Virus record (IMG/VR): IMGVR_UViG_3300025034_000048
Span: 1 to 31,718 of that record
Direction: 5' to 3' (one strand)
Source of the DNA: a virus
Lineage: Duplodnaviria > Caudoviricetes
DNA: 31,718 nt
Under the pieces are notes generated by a model that saw only the letters and a list, made by a program, of their open reading frames with translations, was not told where the DNA came from and did no database searches. Shown here piece after piece: positions 11,101 to 19,530 of this stretch; the stretch's first letter is position 1, and each line of letters opens with the position of its first letter. A program made the translations under genes and the position numbers.

Positions 11101-11494
11101 CAGATACGGCAGTTTGTCCTCGAGACAGTACTCCTCTAAAACCTGTCACGCCTCGAGCAATCTGGTTGGGGGGCAACGCCGCCAACTTATTAACATCCGT
11201 TAAGGTGTTGGCGAGACGTCTATACGCCCCCGTTACCTTATTGATCTCTTCCTGCGCCACTCCTACTTTCTTCATCTTATCCGTTAGGGCAGAAGTCCGC
11301 TGAAACAGAGTCAGCAAAATCTTTTCTACGCTAGCGAATTTCCGAACTATGTTTTGCGCTGACTCGTCTGAGGTTTTGCGGACTTTGTCGACAGTTTGGC
11401 CGAAGTCTTTTAGCACACCTAAAGAACGCTGTAAGGACGCTGTATTGGCAACTAAGCCAAAACCTACATCACCCAAATTGACCGTACGAGCCAT
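8117..11494 (-). CDS. H: Tail tape measure protein
   Basis: 1125 aa, Ala/Leu-rich helical. Tape-measure motif AFEQMISKGVVTMEELRRQLGDQIPGA; C-terminal VNENGFEVF..GEVIPN and EGRPGGVL. Confidence 0.92.
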   Translation of the reverse strand: MARTVNLGDVGFGLVANTASLQRSLGVLKDFGQTVDKVRKTSDESAQNIVRKFASVEKILLTLFQRTSALTDKMKKVGVAQEEINKVTGAYRRLANTLTDVNKLAALPPNQIARGVTGFRGVLSRGQTAVSDTAKQNAEASRAAAALKAVSTAGAALGTSPGGGFTSFLRDLSRSATLTLGPLSGVGARLSVLTSLFSETTKALALTVAGITAVGFGVATLSVAVTKAGIDMQKFTAGLTVATGSSLLAAEQFGELSAFAGKLGVDVRSIVDPFNKFATSARLSNLSLDQMNNVFEGAIIAAQAFKLDSQRTGQVFLAFEQMISKGVVTMEELRRQLGDQIPGAFAIAAKSMGVTQKEFTEMIRAGEVLPDELLPKMAAAFKEIFGPAAAINAKSLTGQFGTLKTTVFESLAALEELTGITDTLTGVVSRTTNVLKDFTAQFGNIRKVIVGAAGAAGGLLFLAFLSKLEIGIFAAISALLKLRTAILAVGFASATLTRLNPILLGLSAASIGLTLALSGTEKQTTSTITKNGEWLTSLRGQIALFREIGEISTQVHSRLLAQATARRNEIAEQLRTAQENLKLAKVPEIRGLIRRQVVNTDRVNEAKAAVLGLEGNLQRVTVAISALNGLNIVAPETKELEESSKKWESWAKSVEESVNKFKETTQQVAAAKRGTSALASTRALIQARNLLASAPEDKKGVGSVFDDLAAKLKTAGFEASTLEQQLAAMFLEISKGEEKLSKLESLPQDLERANAAVSKQLSKLAVPNVSPLLATTPQFEVNQNRTAAVEEFKKSLEELNGLLALQGSTLVEVNPKVREFIEAWNKKQAFEESKKSIEQLRRSLDSLESSLGSGAEKSARAQSESLRIITEAENQKLITTQRGAELRAKVDDKALAEMLDRQQRFGISIRSLLRSVESTMTQTFSSLFTRTSGGFKKMFSDILQSMLDFIVQVGIVKPIMTALFGELFTGIANTGKGLLGGLFSVLGSVLASALGGGASAGAGASSGSLPAVTFHAASGGLVGANKLGQVNENGFEVFRQNNKDFLLTGGSGGEVIPNNRLGGTSVTNNTSINVVVSGNNTSTSTNSDTKNRDAKELGSLIEVGVKTILAKEGRPGGVLWKLINA

Positions 11495-11636
11495 TCTTTA
11501 GATGCTCCCTAATAAATACTATCCATCGAACAAATTCATCAAAAGGCAAAGCGCGTATTTCCGCCTCAGTTTTATGGAGGTGAAACCCTACCATATTTAT
11601 CAGAAATACAGGATGCTTTGCCCTTAATCTTTTCCC
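11469..11636 (-). CDS. gpT-like C-terminal extension of the tail assembly chaperone, reached by -1 frameshift
   Basis: Slippery G GGA AAA at 11636-11630, just before the chaperone stop. The -1 frame reads RLRAKHPVFLINMVGFHLHKTEAEIRALPFDEFVRWIVFIREHLKNGSYGQFG* and ends inside the 5' end of the tape measure gene. Confidence 0.8.
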   Translation of the reverse strand, partial: GKRLRAKHPVFLINMVGFHLHKTEAEIRALPFDEFVRWIVFIREHLKNGSYGQFG

Positions 11637-12028
11637 TCCTGCGCCACTTGAACGTCAAAATTGGACAGCTCATTGGCCGCGTCCAATATACGCTTGAAAT
11701 CCTCCGAGTAGGGGCGTGCAAGAATTGCCTCAACATCTGCAAGATCAAACACGGGCTTAAAAGTCTGTGGATCTACGCAAGATCCTACCAGCAGATGCGC
11801 GGTTTTAGTTTTCATGTCGTCGAATTCGACAAGGTCCAGGACGCTGCCTGCCGGGATTTGAGTGACCAGGATATCCACCGGAGCTTGCTTAGTCCCAATG
11901 TTCACTACGACGGACTTAGGTTTCTTAGCGAAGAAAGCGCTTCGAATCCGTGCGATGTTACCGCTGCCATTATTGTCGGAATTAGTCTCGTTAGCTTTGA
12001 CATTATTAACACTCATTACAACCTCCAT
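11624..12028 (-). CDS. Tail assembly chaperone (gpG-like)
   Basis: Lies between tail tube and tape measure; ends ...QEGKD* over a slippery heptamer. Probable start is MSVNN after GGAGG. Confidence 0.8.
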   Translation of the reverse strand: MEVVMSVNNVKANETNSDNNGSGNIARIRSAFFAKKPKSVVVNIGTKQAPVDILVTQIPAGSVLDLVEFDDMKTKTAHLLVGSCVDPQTFKPVFDLADVEAILARPYSEDFKRILDAANELSNFDVQVAQEGKD

Positions 12029-12046
12029 TTGGTGATGTTTATTGCA

Positions 12047-13093
12047 TTAGGGTATCGCTACAAAAGCCCCACTACCTGTAAAAGATGCTGCGAAGGTATT
12101 GGGGGCATCATTGCCGCCAGTCAGGGTGACGTCTGTAACTACCACTTCACCGCCCCAGCCATTGACACCGTCATGGAGGTAGCGAGCAAAAGCGGTAGTA
12201 TCCGTCTCCCAAGCTGACAGCAAAATCTTAATAGCCGCTGGGATGGGCGAATTGCTGCCATGTACCCAACCAAAAGGTCGAGCAATACTAGGCCCTGTGG
12301 AGGCGAAAGGTACTGAGAGTTCAAAGTTCAGTGTTTCTTCCTCTAAGGCACCTACGTCGCCTGACTGCGAATCCGAAATCAGACGGAAAAATCCGCGCCC
12401 AACCGAGCCGTTACCGCCAAGGCCGTCGGGATTGATTTCAATGATCAATTCGTCGCGAGCTGCTAGAATTGTACCCCAGCCATCGGCGACGCTGAAGATA
12501 GCAGGTAACGCCATTGTTACGGTTTTCAACCCTGGAATGTGCGTATCGAAGCCTCCGTTAGTAGCCAAAGTCGGGCTATCGGAGGTTTTAATCGCCTCGG
12601 ATGTTTGCGTCAGAGTGTACGATGTGTATTTACCTAGAGTCTGTAGCGGCAAATAGTCGTAATCGAGCGTAATTGTTCCAACAGGCGTAAACGTACTTAC
12701 GAATGTAACCATCCCGAAGAGATAATCGATGGACTCTACGCTGCTAGTTACATTTGTTACGCCATCGAAAACTGCTACGACCGCGCTACGATCCATCACA
12801 CGTTGAGCTGTGTTAGTGATTTGATAGGTTTTCCCTGCCACGAGACTAGTGCTTGCACCTGCAATTGTTACCGGTGTGCCTGGGCGCAACAACTTAGCCT
12901 GGAACCCTACAAATCCTTTGTAGATGGAATTCGAGGTTATAGACCAAGTAATGGCGCCTGTAATACTAGATTTATACGTCTCACCCAGCACAGTATCAGA
13001 TACTGACTGACCCTGCTTACTGAATTCACCTGTACTGCCTGGCAGCAATGCAAATACTATGTTGTCGGCGGATACTAGAACCTTCTTAGCCAT
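12047..13093 (-). CDS. Major tail (tube) protein
   Basis: 348 aa, beta-rich, AAGGAG RBS, C-terminal FAASFTGSGA; position between neck genes and chaperone. Confidence 0.8.
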   Translation of the reverse strand: MAKKVLVSADNIVFALLPGSTGEFSKQGQSVSDTVLGETYKSSITGAITWSITSNSIYKGFVGFQAKLLRPGTPVTIAGASTSLVAGKTYQITNTAQRVMDRSAVVAVFDGVTNVTSSVESIDYLFGMVTFVSTFTPVGTITLDYDYLPLQTLGKYTSYTLTQTSEAIKTSDSPTLATNGGFDTHIPGLKTVTMALPAIFSVADGWGTILAARDELIIEINPDGLGGNGSVGRGFFRLISDSQSGDVGALEEETLNFELSVPFASTGPSIARPFGWVHGSNSPIPAAIKILLSAWETDTTAFARYLHDGVNGWGGEVVVTDVTLTGGNDAPNTFAASFTGSGAFVAIP

Positions 13094-13104
13094 TACATTT
13101 CTCC

Positions 13105-13539
13105 TTATTCAATCGGAACTCGCTGTGACAACGCCGATGGAGCGGGCAACACATAGGCTTTGAAGTTAGCACTGAACATTGGACGCAAACTATCATCGAA
13201 GCCTAAAGTTGCCACATCACCGAGTTGCAGTATCGCACGGTAAGTATCGCCGTTTACAACTACATTTCCTAGCCCCAACAAAATGTCTACTACGTCGGTC
13301 ATTTTATCGCGAGCTACAACATAACCATTGCGGCCTCCTCTAACAACTATCTGCACCGTAGGTTGATTTAGGAGCAAAGAGGGGAAAGGCGATGTGCCTC
13401 CGACATGATTCACTAAAATTGAAGTGTCAGGCGCTGAAGGAGGTAATCCAACATTTATGCTCCAACCCGAGGATGCAGCAAAAATTCCTGCACCAGCAGT
13501 CTCTAAAAGCTGTGCGAATGCTCGTGCAGGATCTTTCAT
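13105..13539 (-). CDS. Tail terminator / tail completion protein
   Basis: PTVQIVVRG...Y and LGFDDSLRPMFSANF motifs; immediately upstream of the tube gene. Confidence 0.7.
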   Translation of the reverse strand: MKDPARAFAQLLETAGAGIFAASSGWSINVGLPPSAPDTSILVNHVGGTSPFPSLLLNQPTVQIVVRGGRNGYVVARDKMTDVVDILLGLGNVVVNGDTYRAILQLGDVATLGFDDSLRPMFSANFKAYVLPAPSALSQRVPIE

Positions 13540-13558
13540 AGCTTTATTGCCCTACCCA

Positions 13559-14026
13559 TTAACTTAGCATGATATCGGTATAATTTTTAGCGATTTCGTC
13601 CAGGAAATTGTCGGCAGTTTGTTCCATAGCTGCCTGCAAGTATTTAGCCTGCGTAGGAAATTCATGATTTAACCATACAAACTCATGCACTAATGCAGCA
13701 TACCAAGCCTTAGCGTTGCCATAGACAATCTCAGCTCGCGCAAAACCCTTTACGTTCGTAACCTCCAAGCGCCCGCTATCGAGTAAGGCTCCAGTTTTTT
13801 GCGGCACATAAAGCTGGCTCAATGTAAATGTCGGCGTTAATGCCTGTGCCAGAATCTCAGGTGTTGCAACCGAAAGCGATGAAATCAAAGCATTGTATCG
13901 CCTTATAACATCCGACATACTATCGCGGGCAGAGATTGTAGCGCTTTTTCGAAAATCTGCATGAGAGCCTTGCCGAGTCCTTCCTGGCAGCCTCCCAAAA
14001 CCCGCCTTCACAGTCCTGCGCATCAA
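13559..14026 (-). CDS. Neck/tail completion protein (HK97 gp10-like)
   Basis: SQLYVPQKTGALLDSG, YAALVHE, QAKYLQAAM. Confidence 0.75.
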   Translation of the reverse strand: MMRRTVKAGFGRLPGRTRQGSHADFRKSATISARDSMSDVIRRYNALISSLSVATPEILAQALTPTFTLSQLYVPQKTGALLDSGRLEVTNVKGFARAEIVYGNAKAWYAALVHEFVWLNHEFPTQAKYLQAAMEQTADNFLDEIAKNYTDIMLS

Positions 14027-14343
14027 AGAATTACCTGTCTTAAGATGCTGACGTTGCGCAAATCAGTCACCCTGCTTACTTGCTGGATTTTATTTGCTCC
14101 GGACACCATCGAAGGATCTAACAAATCTGCATGTTCGCCCAGATAAAGGTAATCACCTAAAGATAGATCCCGATCAACCACTACAATAGAATTGCTAACA
14201 TATTCACGCCTGTCTAGGCCGCTACGGAACAACTCGGATTTATCCTCCCACCAGCAATCTAACAGAACTGGTGCAGCAAAAGAATCCCCGCCAAAACCAT
14301 CAGGCGTTGTAGCCCACCATGTAGCGCGATGAACTAGTTTCAT
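14023..14343 (-). CDS. Head closure (stopper) protein
   Basis: ATWW...DGFGG..FAAPV.L.CWWED, 106 aa; follows the adaptor. Confidence 0.65.
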   Translation of the reverse strand: MKLVHRATWWATTPDGFGGDSFAAPVLLDCWWEDKSELFRSGLDRREYVSNSIVVVDRDLSLGDYLYLGEHADLLDPSMVSGANKIQQVSRVTDLRNVSILRQVIL

Positions 14344-14732
14344 TATACCACCCTAAACACAGCAGTTAAAAGGCCAGGCGTAATCACTCTATTCACCTGC
14401 GCCGCTAAGTATCCAGTTCGATCTAACTGAACCGCATGCTGCCCAAATCTAGTAGCTTTAAGCCCACTGCCGTAGATGTTATGAAAAGCATCTTCGCTGG
14501 ACCCTAACTTTGTGGAACTTAACGGGCCCTGAGTGGAGAAAAGTTCAGCAAAATGCGCCGCCAAATAAAGTTCAATCTGGACAGCACCTGAGGAGCTAAT
14601 GACGGCTGCAGTATCTGCCGCCAGCAATTCATCAACTATAAAGCTTGCCGATTCAATCGCCATAGAAAACTGTCCCGGCGTAACGCCTTTAGGAATTAAA
14701 ACTTCTACCTGAGATGCGCTAATCCGGGACAT
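14343..14732 (-). CDS. Head-tail adaptor protein
   Basis: IELYLAAHFA and GLKATRFGQHAVQLDRTG; first neck gene after the capsid. Confidence 0.7.
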   Translation of the reverse strand: MSRISASQVEVLIPKGVTPGQFSMAIESASFIVDELLAADTAAVISSSGAVQIELYLAAHFAELFSTQGPLSSTKLGSSEDAFHNIYGSGLKATRFGQHAVQLDRTGYLAAQVNRVITPGLLTAVFRVV

Positions 14733-14741
14733 TCTACTTCC

Positions 14742-14960
14742 TTACTTTGCAGAGGTTTTCGCCGCAGCCGCTGACTTTGATGTCGAAGCTGGGGCTGGAG
14801 CTTGGGCCGACTTCGAGGCTGTCGTCTCCAGTTGCCACCTACCAGGGAATTTAGCAACCTCCTCCGCAGTCAACGTTGCACATCCGCCGGCGCGAATACA
14901 CTTGCCCTGGATCCAATGCTTCCCGCTCAGAAGTTTGTATTGCGACGTCGCGCTATTCAT
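14742..14960 (-). CDS. Small hypothetical protein after the major capsid gene, Ala/Ser/Lys-rich tail
   Basis: 72 aa ORF filling the capsid-adaptor gap. Confidence 0.6.
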   Translation of the reverse strand: MNSATSQYKLLSGKHWIQGKCIRAGGCATLTAEEVAKFPGRWQLETTASKSAQAPAPASTSKSAAAAKTSAK

Positions 14961-14978
14961 TACAAATCACCCCACGCA

Positions 14979-15980
14979 TTAAGAGAAATGAACAATCCCG
15001 GAACGACCTGACTGATCAGCCTTCACTCGTGGGGCCGTAATAGCCATAACCTTAAAGTTAAGCATCATACCGCCTTGAGTCTCCCAAAAAACTGGAGTGG
15101 GCTGCAGACCGTCCAAAAGATCAACCACATCACTGGTAAATTGCACCAAAAGGACATTAGTACCCGACAAGCGCGTGGTCGATTTGATACCGCGAATGTC
15201 GGGAATTTCCAAAATTCGACCAAGGATGGACTTGTCGCTATTCGTCTTGAAGTCGTTCAGCAGGCGAGTATACACCGGGACTGAGACATACAATTGGTAC
15301 GGACCAAACATGTTGTCCGACTGTGCAATTGCAATCATTGCAAGCAAATCGTCCAGGATAGAGGTACCGGCAGTTGCAGCCAATGCCCAAGAGGCTGCTA
15401 CTGTACCCGTATTACGCGTCGGAGCGTTGGTATAACCCCAAATAGTGCCGCCGCCGGCTCCGACAGTAGTACCGTTAAACAGCAAATCTTCCATGCGGTC
15501 GGCGACACGGCGCGTTGCAACTGCAATCTGGGTGGTATCCAACGGAAGGCCTAGACGGCGGCTGGAGCTCAGATTACGCAGGCTGATATGGAAATCCTTA
15601 TGGATGATCGGCAGCGGAGTATTAACCGGCTGGAAGAGCACTCGATCGGCCTCAGCCTCGGTAAGCCCTGACATATCAATTGAAGCATCCGACATGTCGC
15701 TCATGGTCTCATGCTGAACAGTCGTGACGCCCATTGCATTCGGGATTGACACAACCAAGTTAGCGTCTTGAAGATCGGCAATACCTACAAGGCGACTACG
15801 TGCAACTTCAACGACAACAGCGTCGAATTGCTCCCACTCATCCTTGTGCAGGACCGCATTGGTACGCAAGGCGTTGATGTTCAAGCCGTTGCACATCAAT
15901 CGCGAGGCCACCGAGCCAAATCCATTGGAATCAGCATTATTCAATGTCAGATTTTCAATCACAGCAGTTTCATCGCCCAT
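14979..15980 (-). CDS. Major capsid protein (HK97 fold, encapsulin/Linocin-like subgroup)
   Basis: 333 aa from ATG 15980 (AAGGAG RBS). LHKDEWEQFDAVVVEVARSRLVG, PLPIIHKDF, ATRRVADRMEDLLFNG, GRSGIVH. Confidence 0.85.
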   Translation of the reverse strand: MGDETAVIENLTLNNADSNGFGSVASRLMCNGLNINALRTNAVLHKDEWEQFDAVVVEVARSRLVGIADLQDANLVVSIPNAMGVTTVQHETMSDMSDASIDMSGLTEAEADRVLFQPVNTPLPIIHKDFHISLRNLSSSRRLGLPLDTTQIAVATRRVADRMEDLLFNGTTVGAGGGTIWGYTNAPTRNTGTVAASWALAATAGTSILDDLLAMIAIAQSDNMFGPYQLYVSVPVYTRLLNDFKTNSDKSILGRILEIPDIRGIKSTTRLSGTNVLLVQFTSDVVDLLDGLQPTPVFWETQGGMMLNFKVMAITAPRVKADQSGRSGIVHFS

Positions 15981-15990
15981 TTCATTCTCC

Positions 15991-16431
15991 TTATACAATT
16001 TCTACACGAATGCGAGCGGGAGTGCCGCCGCCTGAATTATTTACCGCCTCCAATGCAACTGCAACTACGCGACGTACATTGCCAATAGCCAAAGCCGCTG
16101 CCGTGACCTTCTTCAAAGTGCCATCACCATTACTTACCAATTCGTCACCTACGGCGATGGCAGGAGCTGCAGCCGGCACCAATGCATTGATTTCGGCCCC
16201 CCTCTCAGGTACGATGGCCAATACACGCTCATTTGCCGTGTAATTGGTATTCAAGTCTCTGCCTACGAAGTCCTGTTCATGCGCAAACAGTGCATAAGCA
16301 TTACCTTCAGCCGCGCTATGCACCACGAAATTAGCGCCACTACGCATCAAAAGATGCCCTGGAGTGATAGTGCCTCCAGCATTAGCTTCCTTATAAATCC
16401 CTTTGCCACGCAGTACAATTGTATTCGACAT
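15991..16431 (-). CDS. Capsid decoration/cement protein
   Basis: 146 aa, AGGTITPGHLL and IAVGDELVSNGDGTLK; lies between scaffold and capsid genes. Confidence 0.7.
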   Translation of the reverse strand: MSNTIVLRGKGIYKEANAGGTITPGHLLMRSGANFVVHSAAEGNAYALFAHEQDFVGRDLNTNYTANERVLAIVPERGAEINALVPAAAPAIAVGDELVSNGDGTLKKVTAAALAIGNVRRVVAVALEAVNNSGGGTPARIRVEIV

Positions 16432-16442
16432 CTCGAGTCTCC

Positions 16443-18053
16443 TTAGTTATTTGCCGCTACGACTTTAGGTTCAAAAACTTTACGCGCCGGCGTATAGTCA
16501 GCCTCGCTATTGCTATTGCTATTGCTATTCAGCGACAAGCTTGAACTATTACCTGAAAAATCAAACTCCTCCTTAGACGGCCGAATTTTACCCTGTTCCT
16601 TCAAGGCACCTACCATTTTGGCGAGCAAAGACAGCTTCAAAGGTTTCAGATCTTCTACGGCGAATTTGCCATTGGTAGTCAACTCGGTCACATATTCGGC
16701 TCGGATCGTGTCTGCGTACTCCAAGGCTTCGTTAATTTGGAACTGCACCTCAGGCGTAGCTGAAGCCAAAAGCTCCGACAAAGTGTGCAGATGCGAAGTC
16801 CCAGACGATTCCGTAGGCAGTTGTGGCGTCGCGGCAGCATTCACATTCACGTTTACAGCCTCCTCGGGAGTGCCGGCCGTAGCTTCCATGGCTGCTGGGA
16901 CATTCTCGGAGGTCGAAACACTTGTGGCATTTGCACCTGTACAGGTGCATTCTGTAACGTTATCTGCATTCATCTTAGTTGCTCCTTCTCGGACTGACAT
17001 GTTTGCTGCAGGGGAAGATGTGGATGTAGGCGCAGGCGTAGGCGTAGGCGCAGGCGTAGGCTGTCCAGACTCAATAATCAAAGGCACAAACTGCGTCTCA
17101 GCGCGTACCTCTGTGAATGAGGCTCCAACTGTAACCTTACCCCCCTCTTCCACTGAATACGAGGCTTCATACGTTCCCCAAGAGGACCTCGTATCAACAT
17201 CTGAGCTCGTCTCTTTCCGGTTACCTGCAAAAATAATCCGAGAGTCGAACAAGGCGAGCACATATGTATAACTGAATTGGCTACCTGCAACCCTATTTAA
17301 GGCAGTTTCGACGGCTGCCATCTTGTCTTGGGACGATAATTCATTGGTCCTCAACCCTAGCAAGGGCAAACAGTTTTTAATTGTGAACGTCTTCATATCT
17401 TCTCCTATGTACATATTTACCCTGAGGGAATCATTTACTCTCGGACCCCCACATCCTGATTCCACGCTACAAGCGCCGATGACACCTTCAGGCAGTACGG
17501 CAAGGTGATCTGGTACGATATTACGCCAAATATAGGAATACTCGAGGCCGTTAAATGTTCCGGATACTTCCTCTTCCAGAGTAAACAACCCGGTAGACAC
17601 CTCGAAAAACGTGCCAGTATCAGTGCTAGCATCTAAAAGGGCCATGACTTCCGGAGGCACTTTAGATTTTTCAAGCCACATTTCTGTTTTTAGCTTGGTT
17701 CCGTCCAACGCAGTGTTGAACAGCAACCCAAACACCTCTGTTTCCCATACGTCAACGCTATTAGCACTTACAGACTGCCCCGAACGTATGGGGTGGCTAA
17801 AAACTACAGGTCTACCGTTCCAACCTGCAGGGAAAAGCCCAAATTCAGAAGCTAAGGCCAATGCAGGTTTATCGGCATTAGCGGAATGGAGTACACCTTC
17901 AACTAGAGCGATTATGGGTACTACAACATAGTCGACGCCCATAAAGGTTTTGGTAGCAACAAGATCGTCGGAGCCGGAGTTTACGCACGCCCTTAAGACA
18001 ACGTGCTTATTCTGCCCGTGATTCTGATTTCTTAGAACTTCTAATCCATCCAT
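16443..18053 (-). CDS. Prohead protease/scaffold fusion (DUF2213-like N-terminal domain)
   Basis: WNGRPVVFSHP, EVSTGLF, NIVPDHLAVLPEGVIGACS..GCG, followed by low-complexity linkers and an acidic helical C-terminus. Confidence 0.8.
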   Translation of the reverse strand: MDGLEVLRNQNHGQNKHVVLRACVNSGSDDLVATKTFMGVDYVVVPIIALVEGVLHSANADKPALALASEFGLFPAGWNGRPVVFSHPIRSGQSVSANSVDVWETEVFGLLFNTALDGTKLKTEMWLEKSKVPPEVMALLDASTDTGTFFEVSTGLFTLEEEVSGTFNGLEYSYIWRNIVPDHLAVLPEGVIGACSVESGCGGPRVNDSLRVNMYIGEDMKTFTIKNCLPLLGLRTNELSSQDKMAAVETALNRVAGSQFSYTYVLALFDSRIIFAGNRKETSSDVDTRSSWGTYEASYSVEEGGKVTVGASFTEVRAETQFVPLIIESGQPTPAPTPTPAPTSTSSPAANMSVREGATKMNADNVTECTCTGANATSVSTSENVPAAMEATAGTPEEAVNVNVNAAATPQLPTESSGTSHLHTLSELLASATPEVQFQINEALEYADTIRAEYVTELTTNGKFAVEDLKPLKLSLLAKMVGALKEQGKIRPSKEEFDFSGNSSSLSLNSNSNSNSEADYTPARKVFEPKVVAANN

Positions 18054-18090
18054 CTAATCAGCTCTCAATCTAGGCTCCGACCTTGATACT

Positions 18091-18119
18091 ATTATAACAC
18101 AACAAACCAATTAAAGCTA
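18091..18119 (-). promoter_or_regulatory. Sigma70-like promoter for the head-tail operon
   Basis: TAGCTT-17 nt-TATAAT with an extended -10 (TGT), 38 nt upstream of the protease start. Confidence 0.65.
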
Positions 18120-18152
18120 GACGTCCCCTCAAGAATTTTGTGGGTCGTTAAA

Positions 18153-18782
18153 CTACTGTTTTGCAATGAGCCTTGCTTCCGCGCTGCGCCTGCCGCACAG
18201 CCCGCGCTCAAACAATCCGCCACGCCACAGCCTACACATTGCCTCAATCTGCGCAGCAATGCAAGCCTCATCGCGCTCCGGGATGCACACGTCTCTGATC
18301 TCTCTGTACTCGCGCCTGGCTGATCCTACAGTAGAGCCGCCACGGTTGTACACCACGCTTACCAGTGCGCCTTGCGCGCCCGCAGACAGACCATCTAACC
18401 CATCACCGAACGACCTGCGAGCAATGCGCCAGTAACGCACCAGATCGATGCGCTCAAACACGTCCAGCGCGAGCGGCCAGCATGTCACTACATCGCTTAT
18501 CGCGTCTCTTGCTGCCGCGCAATCGCTGCCGGTCGCGCCACTCGCGGTTGTCAACCTGTCAACTTGCGGGTGATCCGCCCACGTCAATCGTATTGTTCGC
18601 TCGGCTTGTGTGCCGAGGTCTGATCCGATCCCGATCGTCGGGCCTGAGTGCAGGCCGGGACAGATTGGCCGCTGGTAGCGTGCAGTGTAGCGTGCTTCTG
18701 ATCCGACTTCATATCGCACTATCAGATCAACAGCATCCTGCGAAACCGGAACCAACAAAGCTGCGAACACGGCGGCTATCAT
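18153..18782 (-). CDS. Endolysin, lysozyme-like muramidase with hydrophobic N-terminus
   Basis: LIVRYEV, SGPTIGIGSDLG, QGALVSVVYNRG, GLCGRRSAEARL; GGAGG RBS. Confidence 0.8.
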   Translation of the reverse strand: MIAAVFAALLVPVSQDAVDLIVRYEVGSEARYTARYQRPICPGLHSGPTIGIGSDLGTQAERTIRLTWADHPQVDRLTTASGATGSDCAAARDAISDVVTCWPLALDVFERIDLVRYWRIARRSFGDGLDGLSAGAQGALVSVVYNRGGSTVGSARREYREIRDVCIPERDEACIAAQIEAMCRLWRGGLFERGLCGRRSAEARLIAKQ

Positions 18783-18803
18783 TTCGTTTGCCTCCTTCAG
18801 ATG

Positions 18804-19145
18804 TTACGACATCGTCGTGATCACGATTGTAAACACGACGAACCATTGGAGCCACGGCATCCACAGTACCAGCAGCGACCGCCACGTACCATCGAGTATC
18901 AGCGCGTGCTCTTGATCCTCGGTCAACTCGATGCCGTACGCCACTTGCGACAGCCATGCCAAAAAACTGGCAACGCTGAATGCTAGCGCGAACGTTGCAA
19001 CGCCGTACAAAAACCCTAGCCCATCGATCCCGGCGGACGGGTCTAGCTGCGGCAGCAGCCAGTGAGCAGCGGCAAGCGCGATCACGCAGATCGGCAACCA
19101 GACCAGTGGCTCTTGCCAGCGTTTACAGAACGCTTTGATGCTCAT
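18804..19145 (-). CDS. Putative holin, three predicted TM segments
   Basis: 113 aa with three hydrophobic stretches, directly upstream of the endolysin. Confidence 0.55.
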   Translation of the reverse strand: MSIKAFCKRWQEPLVWLPICVIALAAAHWLLPQLDPSAGIDGLGFLYGVATFALAFSVASFLAWLSQVAYGIELTEDQEHALILDGTWRSLLVLWMPWLQWFVVFTIVITTMS

Positions 19146-19525
19146 GTTACACCTCCTGATTTAACCCACACCATCGTCACCGCTGCCAACACGGTTATCG
19201 CAATGAACCATACAATAGCCGCGTATGCTGCGTCCCACTTCGGAACAGATGTCTCAAGTTTCGCCAGTCTGCCGACCACTTCGTCGTTGCAGATAACGAC
19301 ATCGTCCCACACCGCAACGCGCCTCTCAATTGCCTGTATCCTGATATTGTTTTCTGCTATGTCTATGAAGGCCCGATCAACTGCTGTCCTTGTTTCAGCG
19401 TGCTGCACTTCAATCGCCACTAATCGCTCAAGCGCGTTTGCCATGCGCAGATTCGACCCTCGAATCTCTCCAATCGCCACTTCTAATCTGTCAAGTCTCG
19501 CTGATAACAACATGTCATCATTCAT
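19142..19525 (-). CDS. Coiled-coil protein with C-terminal TM helix (holin/antiholin-like)
   Basis: RLDRLE...LERLVAIE...RIQAIE heptads, then AYAAIVWFIAITVLAAVTMVWV; ATGA overlap with the next gene. Confidence 0.55.
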   Translation of the reverse strand: MNDDMLLSARLDRLEVAIGEIRGSNLRMANALERLVAIEVQHAETRTAVDRAFIDIAENNIRIQAIERRVAVWDDVVICNDEVVGRLAKLETSVPKWDAAYAAIVWFIAITVLAAVTMVWVKSGGVT

Positions 19526-19530
19526 GCTGA

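Noticed and set aside
14979-15980. Encapsulin/bacteriocin interpretation
   Set aside because: It is embedded in a full head-neck-tail operon, so it is the major capsid protein.
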